A stretch of 60,054 nt of DNA, counting the filler. It is 4 parts of 4 records of this genome, joined end to end, with 100 filler letters (N's around TTAATTAATTAA, not from the genome) between each part and the next. Parts side by side here need not be neighbours in the genome. Positions count along the whole stretch, not along the records: positions 1 to 18,133 come from SRR31156797_4598; positions 18,234 to 35,118 come from SRR31156797_4605; 2 more parts are not named here. One strand, given 5' to 3'. Position numbers and translations under genes: made by a program. The notes below the pieces were generated by a model. The model was given only the letters and a program-made list of their open reading frames with translations, had not been told where the DNA came from and searched no databases. Positions 10,075 through 18,802 of the stretch are shown here, in pieces. How positions within the stretch are numbered: position 1 is the stretch's first letter; the number at the start of each line of letters is the position of its first letter.

Positions 10075-11481
10075 ATGGTAATACAATCCGAACAGCTCCT
10101 TGAGTCCTTGCTAGACCTTGAGCGCTCCCGTCAGCGAGAACGAGATATTCGTATGGAATCCGAAGCTCTGCTCAAAGGGCTTCGGGGAATTACCGGTGCA
10201 CAGGATAGGACAGAGCTTTTCTTGTCCCTGGTAGATGCCCTGCGCAAGGTGATTGGCTTTGAAAATGCCTTCCTGATTGACGCTGCTCAGGAAGGCAAGA
10301 TGACTATCCTGGCCTCCACCCTTGAAGAGCTAATGGACACTACCTGGATCCCAGGCTCGGTTTTCAAACGGGTGTTGGCCGGGCGCCCGATCGCCTCTTT
10401 CGATATTACATTGCTACCGGAGTGGAAATCTCAGCCAGACTTCGTGAAAAACAAGATTACCTCTGCCCTGCATATTGGTCTGCATGGCGGCGACTGGAAG
10501 GCCATACTCGTTATTACCCATAAAGCCGCAAAACATTTCGGACCGAGTCATGTCAAGAAGGCCAAACGATTTTCTCCGCTGGCATCTCAGGCGCTGCTGA
10601 CCCTTGAGCTCAGAAAGGCCGTAATCCAGCGTGACAGGTTTTTTCAGTTGTCCATGGATGTCATGGCAATTTTTGATCATGAGGGCATCATTAAACAGTT
10701 TAATGATGGCTGGTCAGCCATTCTTGGATATGAGCGGGCCGAGGTCCGGAATAAAGGCCTCCTGGATTTTGTTCTTCCCGAAGATCTGGAGTCTGTGCAA
10801 AAGGTTATAGGTTCCCTGAAAAAGAGCGGGGGCAAGCAGTTTGCCGAGGCCCGTTTTAAGGAGAAGCAAGGGGATTATCTTTGGTTGTCCTGCAGCCTTG
10901 CATCCTACCACGATGAACAGCTTTTTTATTTGGTTGCAAGAGATATTACCAAGCGGGTGATGTTTGAGCAGCAATTGGCCTACGATGCCGGACATGATTC
11001 CCTGACCGGTCTCAAGAATCGGGCTGAATTTATGAATGCTTTGCAAATGGCCTTTGCCAAGCTCGAGCACTACAAGGGGTATTCTTTCGCCCTGTTCTTT
11101 CTAGACTTAAATAAATTTAAAATTATTAATGATACATTAGGTCATGATGTGGGCGATGAGTTGCTTCAGTTTTTTGCCAGCATGCTGCAAGAGGTTGTAC
11201 GAGGTGAAGACACTGTCTGCCGCCTTGGAGGCGACGAGTTCACAATTATTGTAAATAATGTCAAGTCACTCGATGATGTAAAGAAGGTGGTCAGCCGTAT
11301 CCATAACCGGTGTAACGAACCCGTCGTCATCAAGGGACACCAGGTAGAAGTCTCAACCAGTATTGGAGTAGCCGTCAGCACACCGCGCTACCAGAACGAA
11401 GAAGCTATGCTCCAGGCAGCTGACCAGGCAATGTACAATGCCAAAGCTGACAAAAAAGTTCCCTGCGTAATCGCTCAATAG
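10075..11481 (+). CDS. GAF-like/PAS diguanylate cyclase
   Basis: PAS/PAC (ILGY..E, ARDIT), HDSLTGLKNR, LDLNKFKIINDTLGHDVGD, intact GGDEF with RxxD I-site (RGED). ATG 10075 preferred to TTG 10066. Confidence 0.92.
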   Translation: MVIQSEQLLESLLDLERSRQRERDIRMESEALLKGLRGITGAQDRTELFLSLVDALRKVIGFENAFLIDAAQEGKMTILASTLEELMDTTWIPGSVFKRVLAGRPIASFDITLLPEWKSQPDFVKNKITSALHIGLHGGDWKAILVITHKAAKHFGPSHVKKAKRFSPLASQALLTLELRKAVIQRDRFFQLSMDVMAIFDHEGIIKQFNDGWSAILGYERAEVRNKGLLDFVLPEDLESVQKVIGSLKKSGGKQFAEARFKEKQGDYLWLSCSLASYHDEQLFYLVARDITKRVMFEQQLAYDAGHDSLTGLKNRAEFMNALQMAFAKLEHYKGYSFALFFLDLNKFKIINDTLGHDVGDELLQFFASMLQEVVRGEDTVCRLGGDEFTIIVNNVKSLDDVKKVVSRIHNRCNEPVVIKGHQVEVSTSIGVAVSTPRYQNEEAMLQAADQAMYNAKADKKVPCVIAQ

Positions 11482-11554
11482 CGCCCTTCTCTGCTCCCGG
11501 ATTGCCGTTGAATATAAACCACCACGCTTGCCACCAAACCTGTACCGTTTATTG

Positions 11555-11760
11555 TTATCTACCCACGACAGATTCCCTCTTTTCCTGTATGTTTTCAAGG
11601 CTCTCTGTCACCATTGCAGGAGTGAACTCTGTAATGTCGTTTCCAGCGATGTCATTTTGACAAAAAGGATCTTCCTCCGAAATAGCTTCCAGCGCTGTTG
11701 GGTTTTCGCATTGGATAGAATCACACCGCCAGTTCTTGGGATTTTTCTCGCGGAGCAATA
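11555..11760 (-). pseudogene. YciI-family pseudogene
   Basis: Two frames joined read RKIPRTGGVILSNAKTQQ / ALEAISEEDPFCQNDIAGNDITEFTPAM, carrying the YciI motifs PRTGG and DPF. Frameshifted, with no intact N-terminus. Confidence 0.6.
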
Positions 11761-11824
11761 TGCGCATCAAGACACATAATTTCCCCCATCCTTTTGCGTA
11801 CGTACCATTCACTCTACGTGGTCA

Positions 11825-12541
11825 CTATGCTTTAATTCCATATTTTTCAATTTTTCTATAAATCGTCGGTCTGCTGATACCATGGGCTGCTGAGGTTTTG
11901 CTTATATTACCACCAAAATCTTCAAGAGCTTGAGTAATGGTCAACTTTTCAACCTCAGCTAAGGTCTTACTGTGAAATGATGAAACGGTATCAGTATCTA
12001 CCTGCTCTCCTAACATTTCAGAGATACCGAAATGCTCTAGCAGTAAAATTTCATCTTCGCAAAGATGCACTGCTCGCTCAACCGCTCTCTCAAGCTGACG
12101 AATGTTCCCCGGCCAACAGAACTGCTGGATTGCCTGAACAGTCTCCGGTCTTTTGAAAAAAAACTGGCGATTAAGCTGAATTTCATGGCGACGGATAAAG
12201 TGGCCCGCCAGCTCTAAAATATCACAATCACGCAACGGTGGAATCGTAATTTTTAACGTACATAATCTATAGTACAGGTCGTTACGGAATTTATGGTCTT
12301 CAATGGCCTGGTTCAGGTCCCTGTTGGTGGCTGAAATGACCCGCAGATTGACAGGAATAGTTCGTAATCCTCCCACCCGCTGAATCTCACCAAGCTGTAA
12401 TACCCGAAGAAGTTTTACTTGCATATCAAAGGGCATATCTCCAATTTCATCTAAAAAGAGTGTCCAATTGTCTGCGAGCTCAAGCTTTCCTGGCCTACCG
12501 CCTTTTTGTGCTCCAGTAAACGACCCTTCCTCGTACCGCAA
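11825..12541 (-). pseudogene. N-terminally truncated sigma54-dependent activator (AAA+ C-terminal part plus Fis HTH)
   Basis: Starts at the GAFTGA-like YEEGSFTGA and has LFLDEIGDMP, ATNRDL, FRNDLYYRL, WPGNIRQL and a Fis HTH. Walker A and the sensory domain are missing. Confidence 0.8.
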
Positions 12542-12782
12542 AATAGAGATTTCAGGGTGATAAAGGTTATAAATGGCAGCTTCAATTAGCAGAGATTTAG
12601 CTTTACATTTTTATCGTCGGACATCACTATTGACATACTATTATAAATTATGGCAATACAGGGTTAATATTTTTTCCTATTACTTTATTGAGAAATTCTC
12701 CGCAAAACATCAGTCAAGTGACCGTATGGAATTAACAAACAGCATGCTGATTTAACATTCAACCCTTTGAAGTAAACCTTTA

Positions 12783-13214
12783 ATGCCTAGAACGTCAGCA
12801 TTTCAAAAAATCAATGCATGTTTATCGCTTCTGGCTCTTTTGTTTCTAGCCATAGGCACTCAAGCAATCCATCCACATTTCCATGCACATGGTCATGTAA
12901 ATAGCCATCTCAATTCTCCCTTTCCAACTCAACCTGAAAAAAGAAAACTCCACTGCAACCACAAAGACAGTGACCATGAAATTTCAGAGCAAAAGAAGCA
13001 GCACGCAGCTTTTGACCAAAATAATTCCAACCATCCACCTTGTCCACTTTGTGATATCCTTTCCAGCTGTTGCCTTGCTGTCGCTATCCCTATTTACTGC
13101 ATTTCCCCCCTAAATCCTATCGGTAGCACCTCTACACCCTGCACTGGCTTTATTGGTGTCATCCAGCCATACTCCTCACATATTCGTGGTCCCCCCTCAC
13201 AAGTAAATCCGTAA
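12783..13214 (+). CDS. DUF2946-like His-rich protein with CxxC and C-terminal RGPP (candidate metal-sensing leader)
   Basis: Hydrophobic N-terminus, HPHFHAHGH, HPPCPLC, and HIRGPP five residues before the stop. It lies directly upstream of a metal-uptake operon. Confidence 0.7.
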   Translation: MPRTSAFQKINACLSLLALLFLAIGTQAIHPHFHAHGHVNSHLNSPFPTQPEKRKLHCNHKDSDHEISEQKKQHAAFDQNNSNHPPCPLCDILSSCCLAVAIPIYCISPLNPIGSTSTPCTGFIGVIQPYSSHIRGPPSQVNP

Positions 13215-13287
13215 CCATAACAAGCATTATCAACGGCAGCTTACCTACCTGATATAACTTACATTAGTCTCATACAGGAGAATACGA

Positions 13288-13935
13288 ATGACTACTATAG
13301 AACGTCCTACCCCTGTTTCTACTTCACGAGACCTGACACTTTTTTTTATAACACTTTGTTTACTTAGTCTTATTAACACCACCCTCGCCTATGGAGCAAC
13401 CAGACAACACGAAAGTCATGTCCATGGTACAGCAAAGCTCAACATGGCCCTTTTAGACAGAGGATTATATGTGGAGTTTGAGAGTCCTGTTATTAATATG
13501 GTCGGGTTTGAGCATTCACCTCACAATGCTCAACAAAAACAGATTACGATTGATGCTGAAAAAAAATTAAAAAATGGCAATGCTCTTTTTATCCCGTCAC
13601 CAAAGGCGGGATGTCGCGTTGAAGAATTTGAAGTTAGGCACAAAACGTTACATGAAGAGCAAGCTGTATCTGAATATCACGAACATGACCATGGACAGCA
13701 TTATGAGAAAGGTGACCTTGATGAACATGGAATAGAGCACAAGACTGATGAAGGGCACAGTGAATATCATGCCCTGTATAAGTTTGAATGTAATGCCCCA
13801 AATAAATTGAATAGGATTGATGTAATGCTTTTTTCCATTTTTCCTGGTTTGGAAAAGATGGACGTACAACTGCTAACTCCTAATGGCCAAAAAGCTTATG
13901 AATTAACACCCGATAATTACCAGGTCAAATGGTGA
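13288..13935 (+). CDS. zrgA: ZrgA/DUF2796 periplasmic His-rich zinc-binding protein
   Basis: Signal peptide, HESHVHG, ESPVINMVGFEHSP, His-rich linker, HSEYHALYKFEC. RBS AGGAG. Confidence 0.82.
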   Translation: MTTIERPTPVSTSRDLTLFFITLCLLSLINTTLAYGATRQHESHVHGTAKLNMALLDRGLYVEFESPVINMVGFEHSPHNAQQKQITIDAEKKLKNGNALFIPSPKAGCRVEEFEVRHKTLHEEQAVSEYHEHDHGQHYEKGDLDEHGIEHKTDEGHSEYHALYKFECNAPNKLNRIDVMLFSIFPGLEKMDVQLLTPNGQKAYELTPDNYQVKW

Positions 13936-13945
13936 GAGTGAAGAA

Positions 13946-14671
13946 ATGGAAAGACATTCCAATTCAGAATCCATCATCAAAGTTGAAAATATCAGTTTTA
14001 CCTGGCCAACCAGAGCTGACACGACCCTTGAAATCAAGACGTTTCAGGTGAGAAAAGGTGAACAGGTTTTCGTGATGGGACCAAGTGGCAGTGGCAAAAC
14101 CACCCTACTCAGCATCCTCGCAGGTATTATAACGCCACAAAAAGGTTCTGTTTCTATTTTAGGGCAGAACCTTTCCCTGTTGCGTGGGGCAGCATGTGAT
14201 AAGTTTCGAGCCAATCACATTGGTTTTATCTTTCAGATGTTTAATCTTATTCCTTATCTAAGCGTGGTTGAAAACGTTACTCTACCCTGCCGTTTTTCGC
14301 GAATTCGACAAGACCGGGCCCTACAGCACTCATCAACCATCAGAGACGAGGCGTTACGCCTGCTGGGCCATCTTAACTTAAAGAGTACGTTATTACTCAA
14401 TACGCCTGTTGCCCAATTAAGTGTGGGGCAGCAGCAACGTGTTGCAGCTGCCAGGGCGCTGATTGGCTCCCCCGAACTCCTCATTGCTGATGAGCCGACC
14501 TCAGCTCTTGATAGTGATCACCGCAAGACCTTTATCCAACTCTTGTTTGAAGAATGCAAGGTTGCAGGAACGACCCTGGTATTTGTCAGTCATGACGCCT
14601 CGCTTTCTAATATGTTTGATCATACCATAAATCTACAAGGGCTTAATCAAGCTGCTAAAGAGGAGGAGTGA
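13946..14671 (+). CDS. ABC transporter ATP-binding protein (LolD/MacB-like; ZrgB-type)
   Basis: GPSGSGKT, LSVGQQQRV, LIADEPT, VSHD. Confidence 0.92.
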   Translation: MERHSNSESIIKVENISFTWPTRADTTLEIKTFQVRKGEQVFVMGPSGSGKTTLLSILAGIITPQKGSVSILGQNLSLLRGAACDKFRANHIGFIFQMFNLIPYLSVVENVTLPCRFSRIRQDRALQHSSTIRDEALRLLGHLNLKSTLLLNTPVAQLSVGQQQRVAAARALIGSPELLIADEPTSALDSDHRKTFIQLLFEECKVAGTTLVFVSHDASLSNMFDHTINLQGLNQAAKEEE

Positions 14672-15936
14672 ACATGAAAACTATCATACTTCTCACCTTT
14701 AAAAGCATAAGCAACCGCAAATTCACAACCGGCTTAACCCTTCTATCAATAGCATTAAGTGTTACCTTACTCCTTGGTGTAGAAAGGATAAGGAATGAGT
14801 CTCGTGCCAGTTTCACCAATACAATTGCAAGTACCGACTTAGTGGTCGGTGCACGTAGTGGCCCTGTCCAACTCCTTCTCTATGCAGTGTTTCGCATTGG
14901 TCATGCAACCAATAATATTTCCTGGGAAAGTTATAAGGAGATTAAAGCTAAACCTGAGATTAAATGGACAATACCCCTCTCCTTGGGTGACTCACACAAG
15001 GGATACCGTGTTATGGGTACAACTCGAGAGTACTTCCAACATTTTAGATACGGAAGGCAGCAACAGTTGGAGTTCAGTCAAGGCTATCCATTTAGTGACC
15101 TTTATGATGCCGTACTTGGAGCAGAAACAGCAAAAGCATTGGGGTACAAACTCAATAAATCAATAGTTATTTCACATGGAGCGGGTTCAGTATCATTCAT
15201 AGGCCATGACGACAAGCCCTTTACGATTGTTGGAATCCTTAAGCCAACGGGAACGCCGGTTGACCGCACAATACATGTTAGCCTTGAGGCTATTGAAGCC
15301 ATCCATATTGGCTGGCAGAATGGCACGCCTTCTAATGGTCTAGGTATTTCAGCCAATCTTGCCAGGCGACTAGACCTAACCCCTAAGCAGATTACTGCTT
15401 TCTTGGTCAAGCTTAAATCGCCCATAGCTACATTCAACATTCAGCGCCAAATAAATCAATACAGGGATGAACCCTTAACAGCAATTTTACCAGGAGTTAC
15501 ACTTCAGCAATTATGGGGACTCATTGGCATAGCAGAAAAATCTCTACTCATTGTATCTGGATTTGTTGTTCTTGTCGGTCTATTTGGAATGCTGACTGCT
15601 TTGCTCACCAGCTTGAATGAAAGAAGACGTGAAATGGCAGTTCTCCGTTCTGTTGGTGCTAGACCTATGCATATATTCTCCCTGATCATCGGTGAGGCTA
15701 CTATCATTACGAGCTTAGGGATACTCTTAGGTATTCTTCTACTTACTGCTCTGCTCACCATTACGCAACCGATCATAGTTTCACGAATCGGCATAAATAT
15801 TGGCACCAACACCTTTTCGCAGTACGAGATTATCCTAATCGGAGTTGTCTGGCTTACCGGACTTTTGACTGGCACCATACCAGGCTGGAGACTTTATCAT
15901 TATTCCCTGGTTGATGGCTTAACCATAAAAACCTGA
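14668..15936 (+). CDS. ABC permease, FtsX/MacB type (ZrgC-type)
   Basis: TDLVVGARSG, WTIPLSLGDSHKG, ERRREMAVLRSVGA; GTGA overlap with the ATPase stop. Confidence 0.9.
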   Translation: MNMKTIILLTFKSISNRKFTTGLTLLSIALSVTLLLGVERIRNESRASFTNTIASTDLVVGARSGPVQLLLYAVFRIGHATNNISWESYKEIKAKPEIKWTIPLSLGDSHKGYRVMGTTREYFQHFRYGRQQQLEFSQGYPFSDLYDAVLGAETAKALGYKLNKSIVISHGAGSVSFIGHDDKPFTIVGILKPTGTPVDRTIHVSLEAIEAIHIGWQNGTPSNGLGISANLARRLDLTPKQITAFLVKLKSPIATFNIQRQINQYRDEPLTAILPGVTLQQLWGLIGIAEKSLLIVSGFVVLVGLFGMLTALLTSLNERRREMAVLRSVGARPMHIFSLIIGEATIITSLGILLGILLLTALLTITQPIIVSRIGINIGTNTFSQYEIILIGVVWLTGLLTGTIPGWRLYHYSLVDGLTIKT

Positions 15937-15947
15937 GCAACTGAAAT

Positions 15948-16598
15948 ATGAATAATTTTTCCTTTTGGTTAGTTCTAATGCTAACCTTTACTGTCACTAC
16001 TTGTTTTGCAGGTAATGGTGTAGAAGAAATACATTGGGAACACCTCATACCCCAAAAGTACAGGACAGAAGACCCCCTTGCCCATTTAACTCAAGAGGAA
16101 ATGGACCAGGTTGAGTGGATTATTTATCTGCGACAAAACCTCCCTCAACATATAACAGCAAAAGAACAAGAATTTTATGATGAGATGGTAGAGGCTCTAC
16201 CAAAATTGAAAAAAAGAGGTGTCGATGTAGACAAGATCATTGCCATCAGAAAGATACGTGAAAACTCTATCAACTCTGAACTCGATGGAAAAGATGTCCG
16301 TCTTGCTGGGTACCTCTTACCCCTTGATTTAACAGGCCAGGAGGTAGGGGATTTTCTTTTAGTTCCCTATGTTGGGGCCTGTATACATGTCCCTCCCCCA
16401 CCACCAAATCAAATCGTCTATGCTACAACAAAGAAGCCAATAAAATACGAAGTAAACGACCTGTTCAAGCCAGTATGGGTTGTTGGAAAACTTTCTGCTA
16501 AATCGATGTCTACAGAACTCTACCTAGGGGACGGCGCTGCCGATATTAATGTCGGTTACGTCATGCGGGTAGAGGTAATTGAAAAGTATAAAGAATAG
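15948..16598 (+). CDS. DUF3299 protein (ZrgD-type)
   Basis: Signal peptide, WEHLIP, FLLVPYVGACIHVPPPPPNQIV signature. Confidence 0.88.
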   Translation: MNNFSFWLVLMLTFTVTTCFAGNGVEEIHWEHLIPQKYRTEDPLAHLTQEEMDQVEWIIYLRQNLPQHITAKEQEFYDEMVEALPKLKKRGVDVDKIIAIRKIRENSINSELDGKDVRLAGYLLPLDLTGQEVGDFLLVPYVGACIHVPPPPPNQIVYATTKKPIKYEVNDLFKPVWVVGKLSAKSMSTELYLGDGAADINVGYVMRVEVIEKYKE

Positions 16599-16623
16599 AC
16601 TTCCCAGGAAAGTGGGACATGGA

Positions 16624-16662
16624 AGATGGCAAGGCTGGCGTGGAACAGCAGCCTTGCCATCT
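16624..16662 (+). terminator. Perfect 14-bp stem-loop after the ABC operon
   Basis: AGATGGCAAGGCTG-N11-CAGCCTTGCCATCT. There is no U-tract, so it may be an mRNA-stabilising hairpin instead. Confidence 0.5.
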
Positions 16663-17207
16663 GTAAAGATCCTCCAGAAGAAAAACCGCGATTTTGACAT
16701 TATGAACATTCTTACATAAAGTTCCGGGCAAGGCTAGGCATCTCAATCACCAAAATATTACGTTTACTGCACTTAAACCTGTTTGAAAGGCGTTCGCTGA
16801 TAGATTTATTGAAACCGCCTGATAAGCAACCAATTGTTTCTCCGCAGCTTTTGTCTGGGGAAAATTATGAGACACCACTGCTTTTTAATCTAAAAACACT
16901 TGATGTATTAGCCCTTTTTTATGAAAAAAGTTCATTTAGGCTTTTTCCTATTTTAGCTTCTTCCCACATATTTCAAAGCTAGCTAATTTATCTAATCTAA
17001 CTTTTTTAAAAAAAATATTGAATCTGCAGAACTGGTTGATGTATATCGTGACAAGGTTGATAAAGATGGATATAAAAGTGTGGCCTTAATGGCTAGTATC
17101 AATTTGGACACAAAATATTTTCTAATATATCAGCTGACCATGTGCATTCAAAAAAAAGCCAGCACACATGCGTCAATTTAACGTACGTCATAGAGAAGGA
17201 TCAGAGC

Positions 17208-17498
17208 ATGAAAAAAAAGAATGTTACCCGTAAAGAATTAGCAATTTCAGTAAACGAAAAACTTGGGGTTTCCCAGCGCAATGCCGCAGAAATAGTTGAT
17301 ACAGTTTTTTCCACTATGAAGGACACGATGGTCTGTGGGGAATCCATTAAACTTGTTCAGTTTGGTACTCTGTCCGTACGTAATAAAGCACCTCGAAGAG
17401 GTCGTAATCCACGCACAGGAGAGTCCATGATTATTACCAAACGGCAAATGGTCTCTTTTCGTCCCAGCAAACGTTTGCGAGAGCGGTTGAATAAGTAG
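17208..17498 (+). CDS. ihfA: Integration host factor alpha (HU/IHF family)
   Basis: VTRKELA, IKLVQFG, RRGRNPRTGE, VSFRPS; conserved ihfA-merR-tRNA-Pro order. ATG 17208 follows AAGGA. Confidence 0.85.
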   Translation: MKKKNVTRKELAISVNEKLGVSQRNAAEIVDTVFSTMKDTMVCGESIKLVQFGTLSVRNKAPRRGRNPRTGESMIITKRQMVSFRPSKRLRERLNK

Positions 17499-17641
17499 TT
17501 ATGCTACTGTATAGTTCTTACGTTATAAGAGATGATTGAGGACAAATTATTACTTATTTAAATGGTTGTGGAGAGAAACTAGAAATTATCCATCTATGTT
17601 GTTGATTCCAGCCATCCCATTTGGTTAAAAATAAAGGCCTT

Positions 17642-18031
17642 GTGACAACCAGTTTACCCGATATTGATCGATTGCCAGCTAAAAAATATTTCCGGATAGG
17701 GGAGGTCAGTACCCTATTAGGAGTTGACGCACACGTTTTGCGATATTGGGAAAAGGAATTTAAATTTGTCAAACCTTATCGCGGGAAATCGAAACAACGA
17801 CTTTACAGACGACAAGATGTTGAAGCTTTACTCAACATTAGAAGGTTGCTTCACCATGAAGGATATACGATCTCCGGAGCTCGTAAATTACTTGCAAAAA
17901 AGTCTGTGGAACCATGCACTGAAACGAAGCTAGATGTTCCGCAAACTCAATCATCCGCTGACACTAGGTTGCAATTAATTAAATCTGAACTTAATATTAT
18001 TTTGACTCAGCTTACTAGTCAGATAAAATAA
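17642..18031 (+). CDS. MerR-family HTH regulator
   Basis: KKYFRIGEVS, HVLRYWEKEF, RLYRRQDV, GYTISGAR. Start is GTG 17642 or TTG 17621. Confidence 0.88.
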   Translation: MTTSLPDIDRLPAKKYFRIGEVSTLLGVDAHVLRYWEKEFKFVKPYRGKSKQRLYRRQDVEALLNIRRLLHHEGYTISGARKLLAKKSVEPCTETKLDVPQTQSSADTRLQLIKSELNIILTQLTSQIK

Positions 18032-18050
18032 CCGATATTTCAACTAGACG

Positions 18051-18079
18051 TTGACACAAGATGGCGGGAATGCTATCTA
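18051..18079 (+). promoter_or_regulatory. sigma70-type promoter for tRNA-Pro
   Basis: TTGACA-N17-TATCTA with a TG extension, 15 nt before the tRNA. Confidence 0.55.
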
Positions 18080-18094
18080 TGGACTTCAAAATTT

Positions 18095-18133
18095 CGGAAC
18101 GTAGCGCAGCCTGGTAGCGCACCTGAATGGGGT
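18095..18133 (+). tRNA. tRNA-Pro(GGG), 5' half truncated by contig end
   Basis: CGGAACG-TA-GCGCAGCCTGGTAGCGC-A-CCTGA-ATGGGGT: acceptor 5' strand, D-arm, and anticodon loop with GGG. Confidence 0.9.
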
Positions 18134-18233
18134 NNNNNNNNNNNNNNNNNNNNNNNNNNNNNNNNNNNNNNNNNNNNTTAATTAATTAANNNNNNNNNNN
18201 NNNNNNNNNNNNNNNNNNNNNNNNNNNNNNNNN
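18134..18233. other. Artificial contig linker
   Basis: N44-TTAATTAATTAA-N44, with stops in all six frames; identical to the other two linkers. Confidence 0.98.
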
Positions 18234-18260
18234 TCGCGGGTTCAAGTCCCGTCTTTCGCT
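18234..18260 (+). tRNA. 3' part of a tRNA, most likely tRNA-Gly, no encoded CCA; truncated by contig start
   Basis: TC-GCGGG-TTCAAGT-CCCGT-CTTTCGC-T: T-arm, acceptor 3' strand implying 5' GCGAAAG, and a U discriminator as in bacterial tRNA-Gly. Confidence 0.7.
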
Positions 18261-18270
18261 TAATTTTAGG

Positions 18271-18297
18271 CCGTATTCGAAAGAATGCGGTTTTTTT
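18271..18297 (+). terminator. Intrinsic terminator after the tRNA
   Basis: CCGTATTC-GAAA-GAATGCGG followed by T7. Confidence 0.8.
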
Positions 18298-18302
18298 ATG
18301 TC

Positions 18303-18322
18303 CGAAAGGCGGGACTTGAACC
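18303..18322 (-). repeat. Inverted copy of the tRNA T-arm/acceptor 3' strand
   Basis: Reverse complement GGTTCAAGTCCCGCCTTTCG matches 18239-18258 at 19 of 20 positions. Confidence 0.8.
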
Positions 18323-18802
18323 GAAAGTCCGGCGCGAGACGCGCAGCGCAATCCGGCAGGGATGCCGGTTTAGAAATATTCTCCACACTCTCTCTATACC
18401 TATATTTTACTACAGAGTAAGGATTTAATCAAACTTTATCTTGCAATCACTCTCTGCAATTCTTCCCAAAACCACCCGTTTTGAACCTATTTTGCTCACA
18501 CAAATGCTCACATAAGTACTTAGAGGATGAAATCTCAGTAACAATATATTCATCGATACGCTTAATCCTGATGATCTTGTGACTCATTTCATGGGCTCCA
18601 TCAATTTCCATGACCTCTAGGTGATATAATAGAATATCTATCATGAATCATACGAGAATATATGTGTCTTAGAATGTTACTGATTTAGCGAAACATAATT
18701 GATGAACCACTTCAATCGGTGTATTCTTAATAATCAAGGCTGGATTACAATATCGCAATAAATCTAAATAATAGCCGACAATAAGGCATATGTGGCGAAA
18801 TA

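Noticed and set aside
18178-18189. TTAATTAATTAA as a biological repeat (three copies)
   Set aside because: Always centred in N-runs of identical length; it is a six-frame-stop assembly spacer.
18095-18260. A single tRNA-Pro spanning the gap, with the defence island integrated at tRNA-Pro
   Set aside because: The 5' acceptor CGGAACG needs CGTTCCG at the 3' end, but the sequence after the linker is CTTTCGC-T. These are two different tRNAs on two contigs.
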